Shown piece after piece: positions 7,985-18,351 of a stretch of DNA of 49,468 nt (position 1 is its first letter; the number at the start of each line of letters is the position of its first letter). The stretch is from sequence record SRR20825019_1320; one strand, written 5' to 3'. The notes under the pieces are model-generated. The model was not told where the DNA came from and made no database searches. It saw only the letters and a list, made by a program, of their open reading frames with translations. The position numbers were made by a program, and so were the translations under genes.

Positions 7985-9649
7985 TTAAGTGGTAAACTTG
8001 CGTTTTCTGTAATAGCCAAAGAAGAGACCGAACAGCAGGGTCAAAACTACTGGAAGTCCAATGTTTACAAGCTGCCACTTGTTTTTTTGTGCTGCTATTT
8101 TTTTAACATCCAAAAGAGGAATGGATACTTTCTTGTTTCGAATGTTAATAAGCCCCGTGTTGTCCAAAAGGTAATTTGTGCTGTTCACCAAAAATTCCTT
8201 GTTCCCATAGCGGTTGTTGGTCCATTTATCGTAGCCCAATTCCAGCGGTCTGCCATTCCGTAATTGGTTTTTGATGACGTCCCCATCCGAGATTACGATC
8301 ATTTTGTTTTCGGGGCCTTCCTCCAAGGTATTTTGAAGCTTTAAGGGTTTTACCCTGTTCTTGTACATTGAGGTAAATTTTCCCTCTATCAAGACGGCCA
8401 ATGGAAGATTGCCATTGTTGTAAGTTTCCTGATCAGGTTGTTGGTTGATCATGTCGAGACTGACAACTCTTGGAATTCCGTCTGTTTTGGAAAGTGGTGA
8501 ACTCTGTAACAAGATAGTCTTCTCATAATCGTTTTCCAATACATCCATCGGACTGGTAAACTGTAATCGTACCGCCTCAATGTTGGTGTTGATGGGATGA
8601 TTGTTCTGCGAAAAAACCATGGGATAATAAAACCAAGGCAGGGGATTGTACTGTGAATCGTTCCCTTCACCCGAAGCCAGTACTATTTGGGTAAAATATA
8701 GGTCATTGACCAAAACAGGATTGATGCGGACCCCATATTTGAAGAACAAATCTTTCAGGTTCAAATCTCGGGGAACAGCAATGGCCTCTCCACCACCTGC
8801 ATAAATGCTGTCCATTTCCATATTGACTTGGTCTACCATCCAAATGGACTTGCCTCCTTGAACCATATATTGATCCATCACATATTTTTCTTGATCGGTA
8901 AACGCCTCCGTAGGTTTGGCAATCAGCGCAAGGTCAAAGTTTTTAAGCTGATTTAATACATTTTGCGGATTGCTGGCCACTGAATCCAAGGTTATGGCGC
9001 CAATGTTGTAGTAGTCGCGAATGGTAGTGAGGTAATCCGCGATATAAATATCATCCAGTTCGCCATTTCCTTTGATAACGGCAATGCTCTTTTTTTCTTC
9101 TATGCTCAATTTGGTAAAGGCATCGGCAAAGGCGTATTCCAGTTGCTGTACCGAATTATTGATGCGATCTTCGGCTGAAGAACCCAATTTATTCTTGAGC
9201 AATGGCACTTTTACCGTCTGGTCGTTGTAGTTGACCATGGCCCAAGGGAAAACCAGCTCATTGGATACCTTTCCGTTTTCCTCTACGGTAACATTGGCAG
9301 GCTGTAGACCCAAGCTCTCCAATTGGGCAACAGTTTCCTGTGGATTTTCGCTATCCTCCAAAGGGTCCACCAAATTATATTTGATGTTGCTATTTTTAGA
9401 CCCGAAGGATTCCAAGAGTTGTATGGTCTCCGTTTTCAGTTTGGCAAACTCTGCTGGAATGTTGCCATCCAACAGCAGGTCAACAATTACAGGGGTTTCA
9501 AATTTTTGTGCTACCGCTACGGCAGGTTCGGAGAGTGTATAGCGTTTTTCCTCCGTAAGGTCGAAACGGGTGTACACAAAACTGGCCAATAGGTTGATGA
9601 CCACCACGGCCACAATCACTTTTACGATGGATACAAAAAACTTCCCCAT
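7985..9649 (-). CDS. gldG: Gliding motility ABC transporter accessory protein GldG
   Basis: RFDLTEEKRYTLS, GNGEL, LELGYDKWT..YGNKEFL; follows gldF and precedes dnaN as in Flavobacterium. Confidence 0.93.
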   Translation of the reverse strand: MGKFFVSIVKVIVAVVVINLLASFVYTRFDLTEEKRYTLSEPAVAVAQKFETPVIVDLLLDGNIPAEFAKLKTETIQLLESFGSKNSNIKYNLVDPLEDSENPQETVAQLESLGLQPANVTVEENGKVSNELVFPWAMVNYNDQTVKVPLLKNKLGSSAEDRINNSVQQLEYAFADAFTKLSIEEKKSIAVIKGNGELDDIYIADYLTTIRDYYNIGAITLDSVASNPQNVLNQLKNFDLALIAKPTEAFTDQEKYVMDQYMVQGGKSIWMVDQVNMEMDSIYAGGGEAIAVPRDLNLKDLFFKYGVRINPVLVNDLYFTQIVLASGEGNDSQYNPLPWFYYPMVFSQNNHPINTNIEAVRLQFTSPMDVLENDYEKTILLQSSPLSKTDGIPRVVSLDMINQQPDQETYNNGNLPLAVLIEGKFTSMYKNRVKPLKLQNTLEEGPENKMIVISDGDVIKNQLRNGRPLELGYDKWTNNRYGNKEFLVNSTNYLLDNTGLINIRNKKVSIPLLDVKKIAAQKNKWQLVNIGLPVVLTLLFGLFFGYYRKRKFTT

Positions 9650-10380
9650 TACCTTGGCAATTGTTTTAAACGTTGAAAAGTGAGATACAGAAACAACAAT
9701 GTCAATGAAATAAAGAAGACCAAATCACGGGTGTCTATCACACCTCTTGCAATACTATCAAAATGTGTCTTTGCTCCGAGCGATTGTATGGTTTGTTGCG
9801 TTTCTCCATTGGAAAACAGCGAAGATGCAGCATCAAACCCGTTAAAAATCAGAAAGCAGACCAAAATCCCCACCAAAAATGCAATGATTTGATTATCGGA
9901 AAGGGTAGAGGCAAATATCCCGATGGATGTGTAACAGGCCATCAAAAACAACAATCCAAAGTAAGAGCCCAGTACGACGCCAAGGTCGTAATTGCCCTCT
10001 GTCATTCCCAATCCAGATATGGCGAAAACATACACTATCGTCGGGATTACTGCGATAACGCACAAAAGAAAGGCGCCCCAAAATTTCCCGAGTACCAATT
10101 TCCAGATGGAGATGGGTTTGATCAACAGCAATTCCAGCGTACCCATTTTCCGTTCTTCGGAAAAGCTCTTCATGGTTATGGCGGGCACCAAAAAAATAAA
10201 AATCCAAGGAGCCAGCAAAAAGAAGTTGCTCAAATCGGCAAAGCCGTAATCAAAAATGTTGTATTCGCTTTTGAAGACCCAAAGGAACAGTCCATTGAGC
10301 AGTAAAAACGACCCCACGATCAAATAACCGATGGGCGATGTGAAAAAAGACCGTACCTCTCTCTTAAAAATTGCGAACAT
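9649..10380 (-). CDS. gldF: Gliding motility ABC transporter permease GldF
   Basis: FFTSPIGYL, PAITMKSFSEERKMGTLELL, RGVIDTRD; TAATG overlap with gldG. Confidence 0.94.
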   Translation of the reverse strand: MFAIFKREVRSFFTSPIGYLIVGSFLLLNGLFLWVFKSEYNIFDYGFADLSNFFLLAPWIFIFLVPAITMKSFSEERKMGTLELLLIKPISIWKLVLGKFWGAFLLCVIAVIPTIVYVFAISGLGMTEGNYDLGVVLGSYFGLLFLMACYTSIGIFASTLSDNQIIAFLVGILVCFLIFNGFDAASSLFSNGETQQTIQSLGAKTHFDSIARGVIDTRDLVFFISLTLLFLYLTFQRLKQLPR

Positions 10381-10682
10381 TAAGATGGGTTTGTTGATTG
10401 AATTTTATGAACACTCCAAGCTTCGGGTTTATCGGCGAACAATTTTTTGGTATTGCCCCAAACCCCTTTAAAGAAATCCGAGTTTCTATAGTTGTCCAGA
10501 TGGGCTTCCGTATCCCAAAAACTATAGGTGAAAAATATGTTGGAATTCGTAATGTCTTGATACAGTTCTACCATATTACAACCATCGAAAGACAAGATGC
10601 CATTTTTAGATTCTTCAAAGATTCGCTCAAAACTAGCAATATTTTCGGGTTTAAAAGTCAGTTTTACAATGCGTATCAACAT
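10380..10682 (-). CDS. Antibiotic-biosynthesis-monooxygenase (ABM) domain protein
   Basis: MLIRIVKLTF...FFTYSFW...YRNSDFF...PEAWS. Confidence 0.8.
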   Translation of the reverse strand: MLIRIVKLTFKPENIASFERIFEESKNGILSFDGCNMVELYQDITNSNIFFTYSFWDTEAHLDNYRNSDFFKGVWGNTKKLFADKPEAWSVHKIQSTNPS

Positions 10683-11513
10683 TTACAGGAAATTTATGGT
10701 TACCGTGTCCCTGTAATTCAGTCCAAGGAGCGAAGATGCTCCCCCAACGGAATTCAGGTCACTTTTATAAATGGCGAGCTCAATATAGCCGGCAGAATTG
10801 AACAGGGCGAGCGCATCTCCTGGACCTTTGCGCTGGTTCCGTTCCAAATTATAGTTGATGATGCCGTTATAGCTCTGGTGCACTTGCCGTATTTTGGTGG
10901 TCCGTGCAATAATCTCAAAATCACGACCGCTACGATAGGCCTCAAAAAGACTTTTCTGGATATTGGTGACCACATTCCCGTAGTTATCAATATAAATAAC
11001 ATTGCCCGTAATGGATTTGCCTTCATTGGTGATGCGTGGTTCAAAATCGCGTAGCTCTTTCAAGTTTTCGAAGGGTCGGCCTATAACTTCTAGTTTCCCG
11101 CCGCGAGCAATATGGCAGGCTACCTGAACAAAAATGTGGAGTACGGGAAAAGCACCGGCTTCCGCATTGGGTAGATTGATTTCCACGACTTTTTCGGGTT
11201 GAACCTCGGAAGTTATCAAGGAAATAACACCACTGTTGGCGCTTACAAAATACTGCCCGTCCACTTGAACCACAATATGCTCGTTTTCTGGTGAAATTTC
11301 CGAATCCACTCCAACAATATGAACCGTTCCCTTTGGGAACGAACGGTAGGCGTTCCTAAGGATATAGGCACATTCCTGAATGTTGAAAGGACTAATGGAG
11401 TGCGAAATATCAACAATACTAATATCAGGGATGTTGCTCAGTATTGCCCCTTTAACAGCACCCACAAAGTGGTCCTTGTATCCAAAATCGGTAGTTAGGG
11501 TTATGATTGGCAT
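10683..11513 (-). CDS. SAM hydroxide adenosyltransferase (DUF62; SAM-dependent chlorinase/fluorinase family)
   Basis: IITLTTDFG, FPKGTVH, IYIDNYGNVVTNI, FNSAGYIELAI. Confidence 0.9.
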   Translation of the reverse strand: MPIITLTTDFGYKDHFVGAVKGAILSNIPDISIVDISHSISPFNIQECAYILRNAYRSFPKGTVHIVGVDSEISPENEHIVVQVDGQYFVSANSGVISLITSEVQPEKVVEINLPNAEAGAFPVLHIFVQVACHIARGGKLEVIGRPFENLKELRDFEPRITNEGKSITGNVIYIDNYGNVVTNIQKSLFEAYRSGRDFEIIARTTKIRQVHQSYNGIINYNLERNQRKGPGDALALFNSAGYIELAIYKSDLNSVGGASSLLGLNYRDTVTINFL

Positions 11514-11632
11514 ACAATACTGTTGATATGTTTTTCCGCGTTCAAATTGATTTTTAGTTAAGTTTGTTTGTAAAATTAGTCAAAAAAGAAAGAATTAAAT
11601 TCTTCAAAAACAACTGTAACACCTCACAATTT

Positions 11633-12592
11633 TTGAACGAACTAATAATTGAACTTACGGATATTAGCCCCCAGGAATTTTTTGGACAACAAAATTCCAA
11701 TATCGAGTTGCTTAAAAAGTATTTTCCTAAACTTAAGATTGTGGCTCGGGGCAACAAAATCAAGGTATTTGGTGATGAAGAGCTTTTGGAAGAGTTCGAC
11801 AAGCGCTTTGACGAGCTTACCAGCCAATTTGCCAAATACAACAAACTCGATGAAAACATGATCGAGCGAGTGCTTACCAGTAGTAGCAAGGAGGAATATA
11901 CATCTTCCAAAAGTAGTGGTGATGTTTTGGTGCACGGTGTCAGTGGCAGATTGATAAAGGCCCAGACCGCCAATCAAAGACGATTGGTGGATGCCTGTAA
12001 AGTGGACGATATGGTCTTTGCCATTGGTCCTGCCGGTACCGGTAAGACCTACACCGGTGTTGCCTTGGCCGTAAAAGCTTTGAAAGAAAAACAAGTGAGG
12101 CGTATTATTCTTACACGACCTGCTGTGGAAGCAGGTGAGAACCTAGGTTTTCTTCCCGGCGACCTTAAAGAGAAGCTAGATCCCTATATGCAGCCTTTGT
12201 ATGATGCACTTCGTGATATGATTCCTTCTGAAAAATTGGAAAAGTATATCGAGGACGGTACAATCCAGATTGCGCCGATGGCCTTCATGCGCGGACGCAC
12301 TTTGGATAATGCCTTTGTAATCTTGGACGAGGCGCAGAATACCACCCACGCCCAAATGAAAATGTTCCTGACACGTATGGGTAAAAACGCCAAGTTTTTG
12401 TTGACAGGCGACCCCGGGCAGATAGATTTGCCACGTAGGGTAATTTCAGGTCTCAAAGAGGCTTTGCTTATTTTGAAGAATGTGGAGGGCATCAGTATCA
12501 TTTACTTGGATGATAAAGATGTGATACGGCACAAATTGGTGAAAAAGGTGATTGATGCCTATAAAAACATAGAGCACCAAAATCAATACTAA
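11633..12592 (+). CDS. phoH: PhoH-family ATPase
   Basis: GPAGTGKT, LTRPAVEAGENLGFLPGD, MRGRTL, LDEAQN, GDPGQIDL; probable TTG start at 11633 after a TAAGTTTG box at 11559-11566. Confidence 0.93.
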   Translation: MNELIIELTDISPQEFFGQQNSNIELLKKYFPKLKIVARGNKIKVFGDEELLEEFDKRFDELTSQFAKYNKLDENMIERVLTSSSKEEYTSSKSSGDVLVHGVSGRLIKAQTANQRRLVDACKVDDMVFAIGPAGTGKTYTGVALAVKALKEKQVRRIILTRPAVEAGENLGFLPGDLKEKLDPYMQPLYDALRDMIPSEKLEKYIEDGTIQIAPMAFMRGRTLDNAFVILDEAQNTTHAQMKMFLTRMGKNAKFLLTGDPGQIDLPRRVISGLKEALLILKNVEGISIIYLDDKDVIRHKLVKKVIDAYKNIEHQNQY

Positions 12593-12598
12593 AAAAAT

Positions 12599-13552
12599 AT
12601 GGGAATGAATACGCTTATGTCCACGGATTTTAACTTTCCTGGACAAAAATCGGTTTATAAAGGAAAGGTAAGAGAGGTTTATACATTGGACAACGATATT
12701 TTGGTGATGGTGGCCACAGACCGCCTTTCTGCATTTGACGTGGTGATGCCCAAGGGAATTCCCTATAAAGGTCAGATTTTAAATCAAATAGCCACCAAAA
12801 TGATGAAGGATACCGAGGATATTGTTCCCAACTGGTTGATGGCCACTCCAGATCCCAATGTAGCTATCGGAAAGGCTTGCGAGCCCTATAAAGTGGAAAT
12901 AGTGATCAGGGGCTACATGTCAGGCCACGCCTCTCGTGAGTACAAAGCTGGTAAAAGATTGCTTTGTGGGGTGCCAATGCCCGAAGGGATGAAAGAGAAC
13001 GATAAGTTTCCGGAACCCATCATCACGCCGGCTACCAAAGCGGAAAAGGGAGATCATGACGAGGATATTTCCAAAGAAGATATTTTAAAACGAGGTATTG
13101 TATCCAAAGAAGATTATGAAGTCTTAGAAAAATATACCCGTGCTCTTTTTCAAAGAGGAACCGAAATCGCGGCCAAACGAGGATTGATTTTAGTTGATAC
13201 CAAATATGAATTCGGTAAGACCAAAGATGGTGAAATTGTGTTGATTGATGAGATACATACTCCGGATTCATCACGTTATTTTTATGCAGAGGGTTACGAG
13301 GAACGTCAGGATAAAGGAGAAGCTCAAAAACAATTGTCCAAAGAATTTGTTAGACAATGGTTGATTTCCAATGGATTCCAAGGACTGGAGGGGCAATCGG
13401 TTCCCGAAATGTCGGATGAGTACATCGAATCGGTGTCCAATCGATATATCGAACTTTATGAGAATATTACTGGAGAGAAATTTGTGAAAAGTGATATCTC
13501 TGATCTACAGGAAAGAATTTTATCCAATGTAACCGCATATTTGGCAAAATAA
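12599..13552 (+). CDS. purC: SAICAR synthase
   Basis: [47 protein letters not shown]. Confidence 0.97.
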   Translation: MGMNTLMSTDFNFPGQKSVYKGKVREVYTLDNDILVMVATDRLSAFDVVMPKGIPYKGQILNQIATKMMKDTEDIVPNWLMATPDPNVAIGKACEPYKVEIVIRGYMSGHASREYKAGKRLLCGVPMPEGMKENDKFPEPIITPATKAEKGDHDEDISKEDILKRGIVSKEDYEVLEKYTRALFQRGTEIAAKRGLILVDTKYEFGKTKDGEIVLIDEIHTPDSSRYFYAEGYEERQDKGEAQKQLSKEFVRQWLISNGFQGLEGQSVPEMSDEYIESVSNRYIELYENITGEKFVKSDISDLQERILSNVTAYLAK

Positions 13553-13584
13553 TCATTGCACACTTGTTATGTGACCAATAAAAG

Positions 13585-13613
13585 AAAGGGAATTCTGTGA
13601 ATTCCCTTTTTTT
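13585..13613 (+). terminator. Intrinsic terminator after purC
   Basis: AAAGGGAATTC-TGT-GAATTCCCTTTTTTT. Confidence 0.85.
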
Positions 13614-13694
13614 GTTGCCTCAATAGTAATAAATCTTAAAACTAAATTGATATATTGACATGGCACAAAGGAATTAACTAAACAAACCAACACC

Positions 13695-13958
13695 ATGTCA
13701 GAAAAACAAAAAAAGGCTACCGCATATTGGAGAGAGAATTTAAAGTATTTGACGATTTTACTCCTCATATGGTTCTTGGTCTCCTACGGGGCCGGCATTC
13801 TCTTTAAGGATGCGTTGGATTCCATCCGCATTGGAGGCTTTAAACTGGGATTTTGGTTTGCCCAGCAAGGAGCTATCTATGTATTTGTCATTCTCATTTT
13901 TGTATACGTTCGGCTTATGAACAAGTTGGACAAAAAATACGGCTACAACGAGGATTAA
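13695..13958 (+). CDS. DUF4212 small membrane partner of a solute:sodium symporter
   Basis: AYWRENL...GFKLGFWFAQQGAIYVF; immediately upstream of an SSS gene. Confidence 0.88.
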   Translation: MSEKQKKATAYWRENLKYLTILLLIWFLVSYGAGILFKDALDSIRIGGFKLGFWFAQQGAIYVFVILIFVYVRLMNKLDKKYGYNED

Positions 13959-13978
13959 CCAATCATTAAAACTTTATT

Positions 13979-15694
13979 ATGAGTGATGTTCAAATTTGGA
14001 CCTATGCATTGGTCGCACTATCCTTTGGTCTGTATATAGGAATTGCCATTTGGTCCCGGGCTGGTTCCACAAAAGAATTCTACGTGGCCGGTGGAGGAGT
14101 GTCTCCTTTGGCCAACGGAATGGCAACCGCAGCCGATTGGATGTCGGCGGCCTCCTTTATCTCCATGGCAGGAATCATATCCTTTGCAGGGTATGACGGA
14201 GCTGTGTATTTAATGGGATGGACTGGTGGCTACGTGCTTTTGGCCCTTTTATTGGCACCATACCTAAGAAAGTTCGGAAAGTTTACCGTGCCCGATTTTA
14301 TCGGGGAACGTTACTATTCCAAAACGGCACGTGTTGTTGCAGTTATCTGTGCGCTTATTGTTTCCTTTACCTATGTGGCGGGGCAAATGCGAGGAGTTGG
14401 AATCGTATTTTCTAGATACCTCGAGGTTGATATAAACACAGGCGTCGTTATCGGAATGGTGATTGTATTGTTCTATGCCGTTCTCGGGGGGATGAAGGGA
14501 ATTACCTATACCCAAGTGGCCCAATACTGCGTATTGATATTTGCCTTTATGGTGCCCGCTATATTTATTTCAATCCAAATGACGGGTAACCCTGTTCCCC
14601 AGTTAGGTTTTGGGGATACCTTATCCGATGGGTCCGGGACTTATCTTTTGGATAAACTGGATGGTCTTTCCGAAGAATTGGGTTTTGCGGCATATACGGA
14701 TGGTAGCAAAAGTACCGTAGATGTGTTTGCAATAACACTTGCTTTAATGGTGGGTACGGCGGGACTGCCACATGTGATTGTACGATTTTTTACCGTAAAA
14801 CGGGTCCGAGATGCCAGAAAATCGGCGGGATTGGCCCTCTTGTTCATTGCAATACTCTACACAACGGCACCAGCAGTGGCCGTTTTTGCCAGAACTAATC
14901 TTATTGAAACGGTAAGTGGAAAAGAGTATGATCAAATGCCAGAATGGTTCAGTAGGTGGGAAAAAACAGGGTTGATTGCGCACGAGGATAAAAACGGTGA
15001 CGGAAAAATACAGTACGTGGCATCTCCAGAGGTAAACGAACTTACGGTAGATCGCGACATCATGGTATTGGCCAACCCGGAGATTGCCGACCTTCCCGCT
15101 TGGGTCATTGGCTTGATTGCCGCAGGAGGACTTGCCGCGGCACTGTCAACCGCTGCAGGGTTATTGCTAGTGATTTCTTCCTCGGTTTCCCATGATTTGA
15201 TAAAGAACGTCCTTAAACCTGATCTTTCGGAAAAAGCGGAGCTATGGGCGGCCCGACTTTCGGCAGCTGTGGCGGTTGTAGTAGCTGGTTACTTTGGCAT
15301 AAATCCGCCCGGATTTGTGGCTGCAGTAGTCGCTTTGGCCTTTGGTTTAGCTGCGGCATCGTTTTTCCCTGCCATTATTCTAGGGATTTTTTATAAAAAG
15401 ATGAACAGTAAAGGTGCCGTCTCCGGAATGATTGTTGGTCTTTGCTTAATGCTTTTCTATATGCTCAAATTCAAGTTTGGAATATTTGATGGAGGTCAAG
15501 AAGCAGTGGCTGGCCTACAGGAAAATTGGTGGTTCGGAGTTTCACCAGAAGGGTTCGGAAGTATCGCTATGATTGTCAATTTCGTGGTGGCCATCATTGT
15601 TAACACGTTTACGGCTGATCCTCCGGAGGAAGTACAGGAAATTGTAGAAAATATTCGGGTTCCAAGTGGGGCGGGAGAGGCAATTGAACATTAG
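13979..15694 (+). CDS. actP: Sodium:solute symporter, ActP-like (probable acetate/monocarboxylate permease)
   Basis: NGMATAADWMSAASF, GKFTVPDF, GGMKGITYTQVAQY, GTAGLPHV; adjacent to acs. Confidence 0.85.
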   Translation: MSDVQIWTYALVALSFGLYIGIAIWSRAGSTKEFYVAGGGVSPLANGMATAADWMSAASFISMAGIISFAGYDGAVYLMGWTGGYVLLALLLAPYLRKFGKFTVPDFIGERYYSKTARVVAVICALIVSFTYVAGQMRGVGIVFSRYLEVDINTGVVIGMVIVLFYAVLGGMKGITYTQVAQYCVLIFAFMVPAIFISIQMTGNPVPQLGFGDTLSDGSGTYLLDKLDGLSEELGFAAYTDGSKSTVDVFAITLALMVGTAGLPHVIVRFFTVKRVRDARKSAGLALLFIAILYTTAPAVAVFARTNLIETVSGKEYDQMPEWFSRWEKTGLIAHEDKNGDGKIQYVASPEVNELTVDRDIMVLANPEIADLPAWVIGLIAAGGLAAALSTAAGLLLVISSSVSHDLIKNVLKPDLSEKAELWAARLSAAVAVVVAGYFGINPPGFVAAVVALAFGLAAASFFPAIILGIFYKKMNSKGAVSGMIVGLCLMLFYMLKFKFGIFDGGQEAVAGLQENWWFGVSPEGFGSIAMIVNFVVAIIVNTFTADPPEEVQEIVENIRVPSGAGEAIEH

Positions 15695-15758
15695 AATAGC
15701 TGTGAAATCACTCCGTTTTTCCTTATTTTTAAAGCAGCTTAAAATTTAATTGAACATA

Positions 15759-17666
15759 ATGAGTAACTACCACATTAAACACTTGGAGGAGTATTTTCAG
15801 GTGTATCGAAAATCCGTAAGGAACCCTGAAGGATTTTGGGAAGAAGTAGCAGAAGAACACTTTCATTGGCGAAAAAAATGGGATTCAGTTTTAGAATGGG
15901 ACTTTACAAAACCAGAGGTTAGCTGGTTCAAAGGGGCCAAATTGAACATTACCGAGAACTGTATCGACCGCCACCTCCGGATAAGGGGAGATAAAACGGC
16001 TATTCTTTTTGAACCGAACGACCCTAACGAGGAAGCAGAACATATAACTTACAGCCAACTTCACGAGCGTGTTTGCAAATATGCGAATGTGTTGAAGGAG
16101 CAAGGTGTTGAAAAGGGGGATAGGGTAGTTATTTATTTACCAATGATTCCTGATTTGGCTATCTCTCTTTTGGCCTGTGCTCGTATTGGGGCCATTCATT
16201 CTGTAGTTTTTGCAGGGTTTTCATCAACCGCATTAGCAACAAGAATCAACGATTGTGGCGCTAAAATGGTACTTACTTCAGATGGTTCTTACCGAGGAAA
16301 AAAGGTTATTGATCTAAAAGCAATCGTGGATGAAGCTTTGGAAAGTTGCCCTGATGTGAAAACTGTGTTGGTTTCTAAACGAACCGGAGGGGAAGTAAAC
16401 ATGAAAGGCGGTAGGGATGTTTGGGTTCAACCCCTATTGGATAAAGCATATTCTGATTGCGATCCGGAAATAATGGATGCTGAAGACCCATTGTTTATTC
16501 TTTATACCTCTGGCTCTACAGGTAGGCCCAAAGGAATGGTTCACACCACGGGAGGTTATATGGTTTATACTGCCTACACCTTTAAAAATGTATTCCAATA
16601 TCGCGAAGAGGATGTGTATTGGTGTACTGCTGATATAGGGTGGATTACTGGACACTCTTATATTGTATATGGGCCATTGGCCAACGGGGCCACAACGGTA
16701 ATGTTTGAAGGTGTTCCGTCTTACCCGGACTTTGGACGCTTTTGGGATGTGGTACAAAAACACAAAGTAACGCAGTTCTACACGGCACCTACGGCAATAC
16801 GGGCATTGGCCAAAGAGAATCTGGATTTTGTGACCAATCACGATCTTTCCAGCCTTAAAGTTCTGGGTACTGTGGGAGAGCCGATCAATGAAGAAGCATG
16901 GCATTGGTACAATGATCACGTAGGTGATAAAAAATGCCCCATTGTGGATACTTGGTGGCAAACAGAGACCGGAGGTATCCTTATTTCACCAATACCTTTC
17001 TCCACACCAACGAAGCCGACGTATGCTACTTTGCCCATGCCAGGTATTCAACCGGCACTGATGGATGAAAATGGTAAGGAAATCAAAGGAAACCAAGTTG
17101 ATGGAAGGCTTTGCATCAAGTATCCATGGCCATCCATTGCAAGAACCATCTGGGGTAATCACCAGCGATATAAGGACACCTATTTTTCTGCTTTTGAAGG
17201 GAAATATTTTACCGGTGATGGAGCACTCAGGGATGAGGTGGGCTACTATCGAATCACCGGTAGGGTTGATGATGTTATCATCGTGTCCGGTCATAATTTA
17301 GGAACGGCACCCATCGAAGATGCCATAAACGAGCATCCAGCCGTGGCCGAATCCGCCATTGTTGGTTTCCCACACGATATCAAAGGAAATGCATTGTACG
17401 GTTATATTATTCTGAAGGAAACAGGGGAAGATCGTAATCGTGATAACCTCAAAAAGGAAATCAATCAATTGATTACCGAACATATTGGACCCATTGCCAA
17501 GCTGGATAAAATCCAGTTTGTGGAAGGATTGCCAAAAACACGAAGCGGTAAGATCATGAGGAGAATCCTTAGAAAGATAGCTTCCAAGGATACAGGCAAC
17601 TTGGGGGACACTTCAACTTTATTGAATCCGGAAGTAGTGGAATCGATAATGAAGGAGAGTCTTTAA
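15759..17666 (+). CDS. acs: Acetyl-CoA synthetase (AMP-forming)
   Basis: YTSGSTGRPKG, WCTADIGWITGH, DTWWQTETG, LPKTRSGKIMRR. Confidence 0.97.
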   Translation: MSNYHIKHLEEYFQVYRKSVRNPEGFWEEVAEEHFHWRKKWDSVLEWDFTKPEVSWFKGAKLNITENCIDRHLRIRGDKTAILFEPNDPNEEAEHITYSQLHERVCKYANVLKEQGVEKGDRVVIYLPMIPDLAISLLACARIGAIHSVVFAGFSSTALATRINDCGAKMVLTSDGSYRGKKVIDLKAIVDEALESCPDVKTVLVSKRTGGEVNMKGGRDVWVQPLLDKAYSDCDPEIMDAEDPLFILYTSGSTGRPKGMVHTTGGYMVYTAYTFKNVFQYREEDVYWCTADIGWITGHSYIVYGPLANGATTVMFEGVPSYPDFGRFWDVVQKHKVTQFYTAPTAIRALAKENLDFVTNHDLSSLKVLGTVGEPINEEAWHWYNDHVGDKKCPIVDTWWQTETGGILISPIPFSTPTKPTYATLPMPGIQPALMDENGKEIKGNQVDGRLCIKYPWPSIARTIWGNHQRYKDTYFSAFEGKYFTGDGALRDEVGYYRITGRVDDVIIVSGHNLGTAPIEDAINEHPAVAESAIVGFPHDIKGNALYGYIILKETGEDRNRDNLKKEINQLITEHIGPIAKLDKIQFVEGLPKTRSGKIMRRILRKIASKDTGNLGDTSTLLNPEVVESIMKESL

Positions 17667-17690
17667 AAAGGCTTGTTCAATAAAATGAAG

Positions 17691-17718
17691 AAGGACCTCT
17701 TTATCTTAGGAGGTCCTT
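17691..17718. terminator. Hairpin terminator between acs and the exonuclease gene
   Basis: AAGGACCTC...GAGGTCCTT stem spanning the exonuclease stop codon. Confidence 0.55.
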
Positions 17719-18351
17719 TATTTTTTGAGGTTTTAGTTTTTCAATGGTTCTCAAAAAAGCTATAGCTGTAATAAAGGCGTCGCCTAAAGCTGTATGTCTA
17801 TCTTTTCTGGAGATACTGAATTTTTTGGCAAGGTCGTCCAAGGAGTATCTTTCCTTTTTTTGGACCACAGAAGAAATCAAAAGGGTTCTAATGTATAGGG
17901 ATTCAGTGTCCAATGTCTTGTTTTTGAGTTTGGGCAATCCGTTCCTTTTGAGCGCGGCATTGATCATATTGACATCGAACATCACATGGTGTCCCACCAG
18001 TATATAACTTTTGACATATACCAAAAATTGCTTCAGGGCTTCAAGTTCGGAAATAGTGTTCTTCTTACTTTTCTTAAGGATTCCATGGATTTCAGCACTT
18101 TCGGAATCATAGTGTTCCTGTTGGATATAAACTTCAAAAGTGTCCTTGACCACAATATTGTTGTCCTTAAGCTTTAGGGCACCTATACAGAGCATTCGGT
18201 CCTTTGTGAAACTAAAACCGGTGGTCTCCGTATCCAACACTACAAAAATATTTTCATGGATATCCTCTGGAAGCTTTTCTTTGAAATGCTCCTCATAGGC
18301 CCGCCAGAAATCGGGCAGTTCCAGCGGTTTCTTTTTGGAGAACGGCCACAT
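17701..18351 (-). CDS. DEDDh 3'-5' exonuclease (DnaQ/PolC-like)
   Basis: VVLDTETTG, VGHHVMFD, RHTALGDA; start overlaps the stop of the DUF294 gene. Confidence 0.9.
   Translation of the reverse strand: MWPFSKKKPLELPDFWRAYEEHFKEKLPEDIHENIFVVLDTETTGFSFTKDRMLCIGALKLKDNNIVVKDTFEVYIQQEHYDSESAEIHGILKKSKKNTISELEALKQFLVYVKSYILVGHHVMFDVNMINAALKRNGLPKLKNKTLDTESLYIRTLLISSVVQKKERYSLDDLAKKFSISRKDRHTALGDAFITAIAFLRTIEKLKPQKIKDLLR

Noticed and set aside
10683-11513. Calling the DUF62 gene a fluorinase/chlorinase of a halometabolite pathway with the ABM gene
   Set aside because: Housekeeping context and no biosynthetic cluster; SAM hydroxide adenosyltransferase is the more usual member of this family.
13661-13675. 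TGGCAC as a sigma54 -24 element for the acetate operon
   Set aside because: No TTG(C) at the -12 position.
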